Source: Eledone cirrhosa (Eukaryota). Taken from it: a DNA stretch of 64,000 nt. A program made the translations under genes and the position numbers. The first letter of the stretch is position 1. The number at the start of each line of letters is the position of its first letter. Below, piece by piece: positions 13,445 to 25,756 of this stretch. Location of the stretch: NCBI GenBank assembly GCA_964016885.1, contig OZ024746.1, positions 98,084,001 through 98,148,000 of the forward strand, read 5' to 3'. The notes beneath the pieces were generated by a model that was not told the origin of the DNA, ran no database searches, and saw only the letters and a list, made by a program, of their open reading frames with translations.

Positions 13445-14433
13445 GTTGCATTTATCTTGCTTTATGTTCATACGAGTTATCACCAAGTCCCAACCAGTGA
13501 CCTCAAGAGACAACAAGGTCCGCCATGTTCAAGAAAGAACATACATATTCACACATGCATCTTTAGTGTTTAGACTTGTGATGTACTTATATTGACAGAA
13601 TCTTCCTTAGTATATGGGCAGTTCCCATTAGTACTATCTTTTGTATTTCTCCTATACGCGGGTTTCCTGGGATTTGCGATATGTAATCATTAGACCCCTT
13701 AGGTATCATTCCCAGAGCGCCTACAACCACTGGTATTGTTTTAGTTCTCAATTTCCACATTTTTCCAATTTCTATCTCCAGGTCCTTATACTTGCTCAAT
13801 TTTTCAAATGTTTTTATAGATACATTCTTGTCTATTGGAACAGACATATCAATTAGCAGGCATACCCTCTTTTGAAAGTCTTTCAATATTATATCAGGTC
13901 TGTTTGCATCTATTTTTCGGTCTGTTTGGATGCTAAAGTTCCACAAGATTGAGATGTGATCTTTTTCAAGTATGGGAGCTGGTTGATGCTCCCACCAATT
14001 CTTTTGATGGGGCAGGTCAAAATGCTTACACATTATCCAATGTATGTATTGTGCAGCTCTGTCATGCCTCTTAAGGTATTCGGTTGGAGCTATAGGACTG
14101 CACATTGAAATTATATGGTCAATGGTCTCTGGTTGTTTTTTGCATACACGGCATAATGGGCTGCACCCATTTTTTATAATGTTGGCTTGGTAATTTTTTG
14201 TTGGCAGACACTGATCTTGTGCCGATATAATCAGTCCTTCAGTCTCCGATTTCAGTCCAGAGGATGCCAACCACTGATGGGTTAAAGTTTTGTCAACATC
14301 AGGATTGTTAGCTCGCTCTGGGTATTTTCCATACAGAGGCTTTTCTTGCCATTTCTTAGCCAGTTTCTGTAGCAGTTCTTTCTTTGCAGTTACTTTTACC
14401 TGCTTTGCTTTTTCTGTGTTTTCCATTTCAGCA
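13445..14433 (-). mobile_element. R4/Dong-like non-LTR retrotransposon 3' part (CCHC finger plus restriction-like endonuclease) in (TAA)n
   Basis: CRVCKKQPETIDHIISMC, RHD, NRPDI, DMSVP, EKLSKY; bounded by (TTA)n tracts. Confidence 0.85.
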
Positions 14434-14473
<40 letters not shown>

Positions 14474-14569
14474 TTTGAGCCTCAGTCATTGATGTTAGTT
14501 AACTGGAAAGTTTGTTGAAATGAATATCAAGCCACTACCTTCAGCCTCAGATATTCAGGACGTATCGGA

Positions 14570-14931
14570 GGTTTCTTGCTGTTCCCAGCAAGCATGCCCA
14601 TCACATCATGTCTCCAGCCCTTATAGTGAGTCTGGGCTAGGTGTTTACACTCGGATACAATGTGAGCCACAGTCTCCTCTCTCTCTCCACAGATCCTGCA
14701 CAATGGGCTAGCCTCCTCCTTGTAAATATGGTGTTTCAACAACTTCGTTTTGAGGGCCTGCTCCTGCGCAGCCATTAACATTCCTTCTGTAGCCTTTTTA
14801 AGGTCTCCTCTCTTCAACCAGTTCCATGTCTGTGGATCTCTAAATTCAGTTTTCTCAAAGAAGGTACTATGAAGGGATTTTTCCTGAAGGCTGCTCTTTC
14901 ATATTGATGTTATTTCCTCCTTGGACATCCC

Positions 14932-14932
<1 letters not shown>
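14570..14932 (-). mobile_element. Second, diverged R4/Dong-like fragment
   Basis: TEGMLMAAQEQAL..CRICGEREETVAHIVSEC..WRHD; abuts (TTA)n. Confidence 0.8.
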
Positions 14933-15000
<68 letters not shown>

Positions 15001-15332
15001 TATATTAGAATTGTTGCTCTGAAATAGCTATATATATATGAATGTATATATAGTGTATTTTGCAAAATACACTATATATACATTTGTGTGTGTGTGTGTA
15101 AAAGGTAAACAGAAATAATAACACAATCGATACAGTATATGGAAGGAATATATTAGGTTAACGCTTGAAATAGAAGGAAGAGGGTCTTTTCGGACACTAT
15201 ATATATATCATCTATGTTAGGCTGTTTACCAATGGGCAGAACCGGTGATTTCTATCTTCTTTTATTTTCTATCTCCTATCTTCCAATCTATGTTTGGTTC
15301 AACGTAATCCTGTTACACAATTCTGCAAATAA

Positions 15333-15403
15333 CACCTGATGAAATCACCTAGTCTTGCATTATAATCGGATGATAGACATGGACCATCGAAGTATGTATA
15401 GTG
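15333..15403 (+). ncRNA. Degenerate type I hammerhead motif
   Basis: CAC-CTGATGA..GAAG-TATGTATA-GTG; 3-bp stem I; A15.1 changed to G; stem II poor. Confidence 0.3.
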
Positions 15404-15706
15404 CTTTCGTGGAATTAAAATTATAATATTGCCAGAATTAGCAAAACACACTCACTGGTTAGTTTGGGTTGGTTTCGCTTCAGTACATTTTATATTTCTA
15501 TAATGAATTCAGCTGGCATCGATGTTTATCACTGATTGACCAACAGTTAAACATGTAGACATTGTTTCTTAGAGTTCTTTCGTCACACAACTATACAAAA
15601 CCTTGCAAAACAAATACCATCATCATACGTCCGGTTTCGCTTGTTTGCAAGGGTGGGACGAATCCTATTCAGCACAGCATCTCGTCAGGGTCCTTCGTCA
15701 TCTCCT

Positions 15707-15777
<71 letters not shown>

Positions 15778-15782
15778 TACCC

Positions 15783-15865
<83 letters not shown>

Positions 15866-15868
15866 GTA

Positions 15869-15907
<39 letters not shown>

Positions 15908-15918
15908 GTATGTGTGTG

Positions 15919-15959
<41 letters not shown>

Positions 15960-15961
<2 letters not shown>

Positions 15962-16160
15962 CGAAGGAAATGTGGTAAGGAACCAGGTGGACCATAACGC
16001 ACCAAAGTATTCAATACTTGGGGTAGTAGAGTGGGTAATAGGAACCAATAAGACCCCGACGGCTGAGCTCAAGCCGTTTCGACGGCTAATTCTGGACTGA
16101 GTCCAGAATTAGCCGTCGAAACGGCTTGAGCTCAGCCGTCGGGGTCTTACTGGTTCCTAT
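15960..16160. mobile_element. PLE terminal-repeat fragment with inverted duplication carrying two half-hammerheads
   Basis: Palindrome centred at 16099; each arm has GAAAC-GGCT..AGCC-GTC-GGGG; relatives at 47838-47955, 47968-48142, 52052-52197. Confidence 0.7.
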
Positions 16161-16185
16161 ATATATATATATATATATATATATG

Positions 16186-17757
16186 GAAAGTTATATTTAA
16201 ATTGTTGGGTTACAACTAGTAAATATTTATAACTGATATAAAAGCACTCGACAAATATTTGGAGTATATTTACAATATTAAATAAATGGAAACTATATTT
16301 ATAAAACCATATCTATTTCATTATATATATTTCAGGGATATCATATTAACAATATGCTATGCCTTCCTCAGACAAAATACAATATAAACAGTTTTATAGA
16401 TAAATAGATTCGACATACCGTAACAACATCTACTTGCATTTGAGAAGGTTGATTTGGTAGTGACAAAATTGTACACAGAGAGAAAGAAAGAGAGAGAGAA
16501 AGAGAGAAAAAAAAGAGAGAAAAAGAGAGAAAAAAGGAAAGAAAGACAGAAAACGAAGAAAAAGAAAAAGAAGAAATGCATGGAACAAAATAGAGAGATG
16601 GAAAGATAGATAAAGAGAAGAACTTCATGTAAAGAAACAGAAAGAGATATATATATATAGAGAGAGAGGAAATAGAGATAGATACATATATATAGAAAGC
16701 TAGGTAGTGGGACGACTGTTGAATAACGTATCAATGATACATTTATTTATTTATTTATTTATTTAGCTCTAGTATTACTGTAAGGGAGATATATGGAGGG
16801 AAAACCAGCTGTTATATAGGGAGAGAAAAAAAAATAGAGAGAGAAAAAAAAAAAAAAAAAGAGAGAGAAAAAATTCAAAAATATCCAGACACAGGCGAGG
16901 CGTAAAAACCTCTGTTTTAATGTAGAGGTATTAGTATTTACAAAACCAGCCTCTACATTGTAAATATCAGTATTCCTGAATGAGATATGTATCCACAATG
17001 TGTGAAAATTAATGATCTTATGTTTAGTTTTTTAAAAAATTCATATGCTTATGTGATAATTACAAACATCTATGTGAATGTACATGATCAATTCTGCAAA
17101 CCCTAAGTTCACGGAAAGTATTCTCAATGCGGTATAAAAATTTAAGTATACATATATGTGTATATAGAGTCAATATTACTATTTCTGTCTCTACTCTACA
17201 AGATTATCTATCAAGCAAAGATAGAGCAGATTTCAATATACTAATAAAAATAAAAATAAAAATATATCGGAAACAAAACTAAAAATATACTAATATACTA
17301 ATAAAAATAAATATACTAATAAAAATAAAAATAAAAATATATCGGAAACAAAACTAAAAATAACAATAATAATAATAATAATAAGTAATAATAAAATAGA
17401 AAACTAAGAAATATTACGAAAGAATATTACATATTAAAAATATTACATATTAAAAAATTTACATATTAAAAAAATTATGAAATATTACAATAATAAAAAT
17501 AAAATAAACCACAAAGATCAACCCTTCAAAATTAATTGACAATATATTGCCAAGTTCATTATAAACATCAGAGTTGAAAAACAGATAAAGCCAAAAATTA
17601 TCTATCAAATCGCATCTAGCAAAGATCATTTCAAAAAGTTTAGGATGCCCAATTTGGTCTACATGTGTTCTTATATTTAATATAGAAGTTTATCTAGTGT
17701 AACGTTTATTCGAAATATTTGGAGCATCAACTTTTAGGATAGCTTAATTTTTCATGA
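16186..17757 (-). mobile_element. 3' UTR/pLTR of Hydra-type PLE (diverged sister of 58086-62038)
   Basis: Collinear with reverse complement of about 60530-62038 and with 58086-58540; flanked by (TA)n. Confidence 0.85.
16314..16379 (-). ncRNA. Type I hammerhead ribozyme motif
   Basis: TATTTTGT-CTGAGGA-AGG..CCT-GAAA-TATATATA-ATGAAATA. Confidence 0.7.
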
Positions 17758-17794
17758 AGAATGTTTAAATAAATAAATAAAATAAAAATAAATA

Positions 17795-17827
<33 letters not shown>

Positions 17828-17830
<3 letters not shown>

Positions 17831-19503
17831 GACCGAGTCACGGAGCACCTCCGGGACATTCGTCTCGGGGGCAATTCCCCCATCGCCCGCCACTTTGGTG
17901 GCCCTGGACACTCCGCACACCATCTCACAGTCTGTGGCCTACTCCAGTGCCACGGAACACCCGCCCATCGCCTCACGGTCGAACAACGTACTATCTTCAT
18001 CTTACAGACCCACACCCCCCCGGCCTGAACTCCCCACCCTTATTCCTTTAGCGTTCGACCGCCCCCCTCCCCCACTTATCCCCCACTAACACCACTAACA
18101 CACCCCTCCTTTTCACCGCCCACCCCACACTAACAATACTAACACCTCCACTTCACCCCTCATCTAACCACCCTTCCCCAACTAACATACTAACATCCCC
18201 TCCCTTCCCTCCCCTATTCTCCTCCTCCCCCCTCCTTATCACACGCACACACTTACACCACCCACCCCACACGCAACTAACATCACTAACACCCTCCAAC
18301 CCCACGCACACGTACCCACACACCCTCGTACACCACCAACTCTACACACCCTACCCCCACTAACCCCCACTCACACCTGCATTCCACCCCTCCCCACCTC
18401 CCGTCTACTAACACCCACTAACACCTCCTCACCAAACTACACACACACCAGTACACCACACTCCCTCCATAGAACCACACACACCCTTCTCTCCCCACTC
18501 CACACTCACTCATCCCACTAACACCCCTACTAATACACACACACACACACCCTCCTCACTCCAACTCTCACACCTACCTATCCTCGCCTCCCTACCATTC
18601 CGCTGACTGCTGCTATGCCCTTCCGACCACTGTCTCAGCACCCACTGACCACAGCACTTCCACTGCTGACCACTTCCTGTTGCGCCCGCACCCCACATCT
18701 CTCCTCTTCCGACCACCGCTTCTTGGATTACCCACACACGTTTTGACTTCCAACCAAAATCTCCATACATCCGTGTAACTTACCACTTTCAACCATCCTC
18801 TAACACCATCACCTATATAACTCACCCACACACACATCCCAAAACAAATTTTTTTTATCCACACGCCACCCACACCCACAACACGCTTAAACCACACACA
18901 CGTGCTTCCCACCACATATTTACACCCTCAGCCCCCTGATTCCTCTCCCCCCACCCCCTATCCACACACGCACAGACCCTCCGACACACAAAAACACCCC
19001 CCACACACACCTTCCTGAACATGCAACCCCGTTCTTCCCCCAACCCTCACTTTCACATACACACACACACACACACACGCACACCTAACCACACACACCA
19101 CCTTCAGCCCTCCCCGCTCGGACACCCCGTCTCCCTCTCCCCACTCCACCCGCCTCCACCTCTACTCACCCCACACCCTTCCACCACCTGTTTACCCCCC
19201 TTTTAATTTCAGTTTATTTTGATCATGCCTTTATTTTTAAATGTTCTCATTCCTTGTATTTTGATCATGCTTTATTTTTATTTATTATTTATTATATTTT
19301 TGTCTTTATTTGTTAATTTTTCATTCGCACCGTTTCCTTTCGCTATATGTCTCTCCACCACTCCCCTACACACCTTTTGAACTCTTACCTGAAGAAGGGC
19401 TTATGCCCGAAACGTCGTCCTCCACCTACCCCCCACTCTCCTGAGCGTGAATCTAATAAACATTTGTCGTACTGCCTCTCTGTTCTGTCCCTGTTCAATT
19501 TTT

Positions 19504-19506
<3 letters not shown>
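17828..19506 (+). mobile_element. 5'-truncated Penelope/Neptune-type PLE: GIY-YIG C-terminus, C/A-rich 3' UTR, pLTR with hammerhead
   Basis: 17828-18050 reads (with frameshifts) DRVTEHLRDIR..PIARHF..GHS..LTVCGL..RLTVEQRTIFILQT..PGLN; both ends in (TA)n. Confidence 0.8.
19389..19416 (+). ncRNA. Minimal hammerhead motif
   Basis: CTGAAGA-A-GGGC-ttat-GCCC-GAAAC-GTC; palindromic ACGT stem III; stem I not evident. Confidence 0.6.
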
Positions 19507-19534
<28 letters not shown>

Positions 19535-19821
19535 CGTATGTATATACGTACATACACACACATGCTACTCACCCTCTCTCTCACTTCCTCTATCGCCCCA
19601 CACCGTAAGAGATCCTTTCCTCGCTCACATCCGTACGGCTAAGATGTGTCTTTACCTTCTCGTCAAAATTCGCCCGTTCTTATGTTCGAAATGAATTATT
19701 GACTTGATTTTTTTATTTTCTCCTCTCTTTACGTTGCCTCACCATTCCTGTCTGTTTCTCTGTCTCTCTTTCTCCAACTCTTTTTATCCCAATAACTTAT
19801 TTTAGTTATTCTATCGACCTA

Positions 19822-19883
19822 ACTGGAGGTATATTGTCTGTAATGCGAAGAAATACCTATGATGGCTAGTAGACAACTGATGA
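19822..19883 (+). ncRNA. Candidate non-circularly permuted hammerhead-like RNA, copy A
   Basis: AGGTAT-A-TTGTCT..GAAATACCT..AGACAA-CTGATGA. Confidence 0.5.
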
Positions 19884-19960
19884 CGGGTATTTTTAACTTC
19901 TATTTCAATTCTTCATTCATTTATTATACCTAAATGCAACAACACAGCTCGCCATTTTTG

Positions 19961-20011
<51 letters not shown>

Positions 20012-20544
20012 TATTGTGTGTGTTTGTATGACGAATGACAGATCATGTGCTGTAGCACGTGACAAACTTCATGAAAAACCTCACCAAATGCTGTACTTCT
20101 TTCAGGCATTGGAATACAATGTAAACCAACACGCTAGTAAAATTGAACAGATAACCTGAAATGTAAGATAGAGTTCGATACACAAGATCCCTAGCCTCAT
20201 TCGCTTACGGAGGAGGGTGGAACTCGTCAATTCTTTGTTACAAACTTTCTTTCATTAGTTTTGAGCCGGATAATTTCTGGTTTTGTGAATCCCAGGTTCT
20301 TAATATTGGTGCTGGGACCATTTGATATATTTTAAAGAACCTCCTAGCCATCAATATCCTAAGGTATACATCTACAGATATATTCATTACTTTAACCTAC
20401 ACTAAAGTGATGGATTGGCAGAATCGTCAGAACATCGGAGAAATGCTTTGTGGTGTTTGTTAAAACTCTTTACGTTCTGAGTTCAAATAACACCAAGGTT
20501 AATTTCGCCTTTTACTTTTCAACGGTCGATAATCAAAGAGTCGC

Positions 20545-20905
20545 TCCATGGTAGGGCCGCAACTTCTCCGAATTGAAAGATCACAGCTCCAATACTATGG
20601 GCATATGGTTAGAATGTCTCAAGAAAGAAGCTCTGGACATTTACTCCAGGTGGAGATGCTACTTGTTCGAATTGAAAGATCACAGCTGCAATACTATGGC
20701 CATGTGGTTAGAATGTCTGAGGAAAGAATCACTGGACAGATATATACGGTCAAAAACCAACCAGCAAGAGACCTAGGGGTAGACCACGAGCCTGGTTGGT
20801 CTCGCTTGGGGATCCAGCCGGATCAGTTGGAGACAGTTGCTGCTGACAGGACCCACTGGAAAGAATGTTTGAGGACTCTTCCCCCACGACCTTCCCGGGA
20901 ATAAG
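20545..20905 (+). mobile_element. RTE LINE 3' end with internal duplication
   Basis: IERSQLQYYGHxVRMS twice, then WSRLGIQPDQLE..WKECLRTLPPRPSRE*. Confidence 0.75.
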
Positions 20906-22138
20906 TGGGCAGAGAAGGAGAAGAAGAAAAAGAAGGAGGAGAAGAAGAAGGAGAAGCACGAGGAGGAGGAGGAGGAGGAGGGAGAAGGGCAAGGAGGAGA
21001 AGAGAAGAGAAGAAGCTGTCACTTACTGACCTGTCTAAATTAGAAATCAATATTTTAATGTATGCTGGACAACCGATTTCTGTGACACGGTACACTTTCT
21101 TTGATCACTTTTAGATCATTACATCTAGTATATTGTGCTGTCTACATTGTATAGAGCATTTGGCAGGAACTTTCCATTGGCAGTTTTTTCTTTATTATGG
21201 ATCTATATGCCTTTCCCATCGCACTAACTTCTGGTATCTTCATCTTCAGAACTAGATGTCTCATTTGCATTCCTGTCCATTCTTATATTTCATTGGACGG
21301 ATCGTCAAACAATAAGTCAGTACTAAATCAGAGCCACTGTCGTCTCATATGGTCCAGGGGCCAACTTCTCGACTATAGACTTCTCCGGACTTGCAGAGTA
21401 AACCGGGGGAATTTTATCATAGCACCAGCACTGGAGACGTTTTCATGATTTCAACAAAGTCTAATATGGATATAAAAACATTCTCGGCCAATGTTTTCAA
21501 ATGCGTTATTTATTTGAGTTTTATGAAAAACAATATGATGAAAGTAACTAAATGAAGAAATCAGAACGCAAAGGGCCGTAACTTTATGCTGCAAAGCATG
21601 GTGTCCAACCCTCTACCGATTCTGCCAATTCACCGCCTTGAGTTTTATGAAAAACAATATGATGAAAGTAACTAAATGAAGAAATCAGAACGCAAAAGGC
21701 CGTAACTCTATGCTGCAAAGCATGGTGTCGAACCCTCTACCGATTCTGCCAATTCACCGCCTTGAGTTTTATGAAAAATAATATTATGAAAGAAATTACT
21801 ATCTCTACACCTCAATAAAGTTGAGACATATGCAGTAAAGGTTCTGTCCACAGAGAAAGGTAGTAACAAATTATCTTATATTATCTTCGTTTTATCGTTG
21901 AGTCGATGAATAAAGAGGATTTCACGACTGGGAGAATTAATTAGCAATTGGAAATACCAATGGAAACATTGTTTCCTCGATCCGATTTGACGAGCTCCAC
22001 CTCACTCGTTAGTCGAATGAGGTCTGAGATCTTCTCAATCAACTGTTATACCTCGTGTATGCACATTGATTCGTGGTTGGACGTAGACACTTGGTAGTTG
22101 GTAATTACTTTCGAAGCAATGTGATGCGATATTTAAAG

Positions 22139-22468
22139 CAGAGGTTCTCAAAACTTTTGGACCACCACCCGCCTCACGGCCATGTAATACCCTCAGGGCC
22201 CCCACCCCTATTTCCAGAGAGACCTACCTACACACAAATTGTAAATAAAATGTAATAAATAAAATCGTTAATTTATATATAATAAATGATATAATATATA
22301 CTATGTATGAATAAATATTATATTTTTTTTGTTTTACTATATTTATATATAATATGTATCATTTGATATTTAATATACTATTATATTATCTCTAGCACGC
22401 CCACCTCCCCCTTAGGCGCCAGCGCTCCTGGACCTTCTCAACGCTCCCCTGGGGTACTATTGACTCTG
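22139..22468. mobile_element. hAT MITE
   Basis: CAGAGGTTCTCAA..TTGACTCTG with exact 8-bp TSD ATTTAAAG. Confidence 0.85.
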
Positions 22469-22789
22469 ATTTAAAGGTTGATAGAGATTGGCCCCTTCTG
22501 ATTTGAACTCTCAGGACCCTACTATCTCACCAAACTGCTGATTGATTTTAACTGAATTATTTCTTAATTATTTGCCTTTTATCTCTCTTCTGGAGACGGA
22601 TTTTATAAAATATGTACATTCATATGTATATCGCTATTTCAGAGCACCAATACAAATTTCTAATTGATGCTGGGATGGCAACCGCTGTGTATGCAAATGA
22701 GTTTCAACAGCTCATTAACAAAATTGGAATTCTATAAGAATCGAGCTTCGATAGCTTCACCAAGTGCGTAGGGGTATGTAGTCTTGATA

Positions 22790-23130
22790 TCAACTTATTA
22801 GTGAGAAATGGTAGCATTCTCGATTACTTTCTCCTGCCTTTTCTGAAGCTAACCCAGGTTCTGCTGCACGTCGGGCTGAGGAGGCCAAGCTCTTCAAGTA
22901 CCAGTAGCTCTCCGACATGTTTGCGGTTGTACCCTCGGCAGTGGAGACTTCTGGTGTACTCGGCCCTAGGGCTACCTCCCTACTCACCACCACAGGCGCT
23001 GAGCTGGCCAGCTGCAGGTGTGAGCCTCGCGAGTTGGAATGGCTTTTCCAGCGCGTCTCCCTTGCCGTCCTCCGGGGAAACGCTTTCTCTATCCTGTCCG
23101 CCGGGGCTGTGGGGAGGCCACCAATATGAT
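22790..23130 (+). mobile_element. CRE-like non-LTR retrotransposon, restriction-like endonuclease end
   Basis: AEEAKLFKY..VPSAVETSGVLG..LFQRVSLAVLRGNA; inverted copies at 23892-24097 and 25345-25392. Confidence 0.75.
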
Positions 23131-23532
23131 TGACTGACTTGTCATTTTATCAGTCAGATGATCCATGCTTTACTAATATTCTATTTTATTCTATGTTAAG
23201 TATATTCTGTCGACACATTCGAACATATAGTCACTACCTTAAAGTTCATAGCGAAAGTCTTTCAGAATGTTTTTAAATAATCATACCGTATATTGTTAAA
23301 TATACAATATGTACATTCTATTCAAATGTTTTATTTTAATTATCTCCAAAAATTTTCTTTATTGTATTTTTCAATGTTTTATGATGAGGAAGGTAGTGCA
23401 AAAAAAGTTTATTTAAGAACAGATAAATGATTAAATGCGGAGCTATAAATAGTTATTAGCAACTGGTAGAGAATAGAGTAAAAAATAAATAACTATACTG
23501 CCTCAGTGTGAGTGTGTGTCTGTGAAACAAAT

Positions 23533-23757
23533 ACACCATGTCAAAACACAAAGTAACCAAACTCCTACTAATACTGCCTCTATCTCTCCTGCTCTCCCCA
23601 TCTCTCATGTACACCAGGTCCGAACACAACGGAACCAAACTCCCACTATCACTGCCTCCGTCTCTCCCGCTTTCCCCATCTCTCAAATACACCAGCTCCA
23701 AACACAACGGAACCAAGCTCCCACTAGCACTGCCTCTGTCTCTCCCGATCTCTCCAA
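23533..23757. repeat. 78-bp tandem repeat, about 3 units
   Basis: ACACCA..AACACAACGGAACCAAACTCCCACTA..CTGCCTC repeated. Confidence 0.8.
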
Positions 23758-23891
23758 TTTTCACTATTGTGAGCAAATGGGAGCCCCGATTTCTTTGTTT
23801 GAATTTGATAAGATAATGTGAGAAGTGACTGGTTAGTGAAGAGCAGATATAGATATATAAAAAGTACATGATAAAATGGCAAGTCTGTCAA

Positions 23892-24097
23892 TCATATTGA
23901 TGGCTTCCCTACAGCCCCGGCGGACAGAATGGAGAAGGCGTTTCCCCGGAGGACGGCAAGGGAGACGCGCTGGAAGAGCCATTCCAACTCGCGAGGCTCA
24001 CAACTACGGCTGGCCAGCTCAGCGCCTATGGTGGTGATTAGGGAGGTAGCCATATGGCCGAGGACACCAGAAGTCTCCACTGCCAAGGGTACGACCG
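23892..24097 (-). mobile_element. CRE-like endonuclease fragment
   Basis: AVETSGVLG..LFQRVSLAVLRGNA. Confidence 0.75.
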
Positions 24098-24744
24098 CAA
24101 TATCGTCACATAGTTATTGATCTTTCACAGATCAACGCTCTTTCTTTTTTGTTTATTTCAAAATCGATCGTATTTTAATTGTTTTACATTTATTTTCTCC
24201 TGTAGTATTTCTAATTTACTGTTGTTCAACAATTTTGAGAACGGAGTATATACAAGCAATTATTTACTCAAATAAAAGGACATTTGTCAGTTGTAGATAT
24301 TCCCTGCTGATACCATTTATCACTGCAAACACCAACTCAGTTGGTCTCCAACAAGTAAAATATTTATGTTAATAGGTGTGGTTATTATCCTCTATTTTAC
24401 ATATAGCAAAGACTGAAAGTAGGCAAATGGCTTCCACAGCAGGGAATGATTTTATTTTATTTTCCCAGCCAATAATATCAATTTGATCGTTTCAAGTTTG
24501 TTTTGTATATATACTTAGCTTTGCTTTAATGATACCAAACCGACCTCCACCTCAATTAATTCTCCCAGTAGTGAAATGCTCTTTGTTTCATCGACTCAAC
24601 GATAAAAACGAAGATGATATAAGATAATTTGTGTACTGCAATTGTTACTACCTTTCTCTGTGGATGTTTACTGCATATGTCTCAACTTTATTGAGGTGTA
24701 GAGATAGTAGTTTCTTTTCATAATATTATTTTTCATAAAACTCA

Positions 24745-24935
24745 AGGCGGTGAATTGACAGAATCGGTAGAGGCTTGGACACCATGCTTTGCAGCATAGA
24801 GTTACGGTCCTATACGTTCTGATTTCAAATCCCACCGAGGTTAACTTTACCTTTCATCCTTATGGTGTAGATAAAATAAAGTACCAGTAATCCACTGGGA
24901 TAATTGCTGCTGGCCTTGTGTCAAAAGTAGAAACA
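24745..24935 (+). mobile_element. Full family-1 SINE with about 20-bp TSD
   Basis: Flanked by AATTATTTTTCATAAA(A)CTCAA on both sides. Confidence 0.85.
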
Positions 24936-25756
24936 ATTATTTTTCATAAACTCAAATAAATAGCGCATTTGAAAACATTGGCCGAGAATGCTTTTTATAA
25001 ATTAGACTGCGTCGAAGTCATGACAACTTCCCTAGTGATGGTGTTACGATAAAATCCACCCTGTTTACTCTGCAAAGTGCGGAGATGTCTATTATAGACA
25101 GTAGATCTGATTATAATGGCAGGATGCTTTTCAAGTTCTTTTCTTATAGCTAAGTCAACTATCTTAAATTTATAAAGAATACCTTCAACAATTTTCTATA
25201 TAGAACAATAACAGGCGCTATCAATATATACTCTTGACAGGTGCAATGTGTCCAAACACGGAAGAGCCGAACACCCAACGTCATCGCCCCCTCTCTCTCT
25301 CGCCCTCCGCATCTCTCTGTATAGTGAGCAATGAGGTCCCACGTGCTGGCCGCCCCATAGTCCCGGCAGACAGAATGGAGAAGGCGTTTCTCTCACTCAG
25401 TACTGACTTCTTCTTTGACGATCAGTCCAACACTTGCTGGCAGTGAGAATGGACGTTAAATTATGATGATGATGGTGATGACTAGGATTATCTATTTACT
25501 TTCTAAGTATTTTAACTAGTTCTACAAAAGAAAATACAAAAAAAAAAACGATTTGTTGGCTTTAGGTGATATGATAAATGTCAACTAAATACAAACTTTT
25601 AAATTAGTTTTATATATATACAGTCTGTTCGCTGTGACGCGAACTTGAAACACGCGAATTCGTTTTAACGCCTCTTGAAAAACTATTAAATATTCAGTTT
25701 GCGCGAATAACGTGTTATAACGCGAGTGGTTTTTTTATTTTTTTATTTATCAAAAA

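Larger units (their letters stand above)
21380..25085. repeat. Old, imperfect inverted duplication
   Basis: 21380-22005 mirrors 24540-25085; 22925-23165 mirrors 23860-24095. Confidence 0.7.

Noticed and set aside
23456-23869. 137-aa repetitive ORF
   Set aside because: Arises from a 78-bp tandem repeat open in several frames; no recognisable domain
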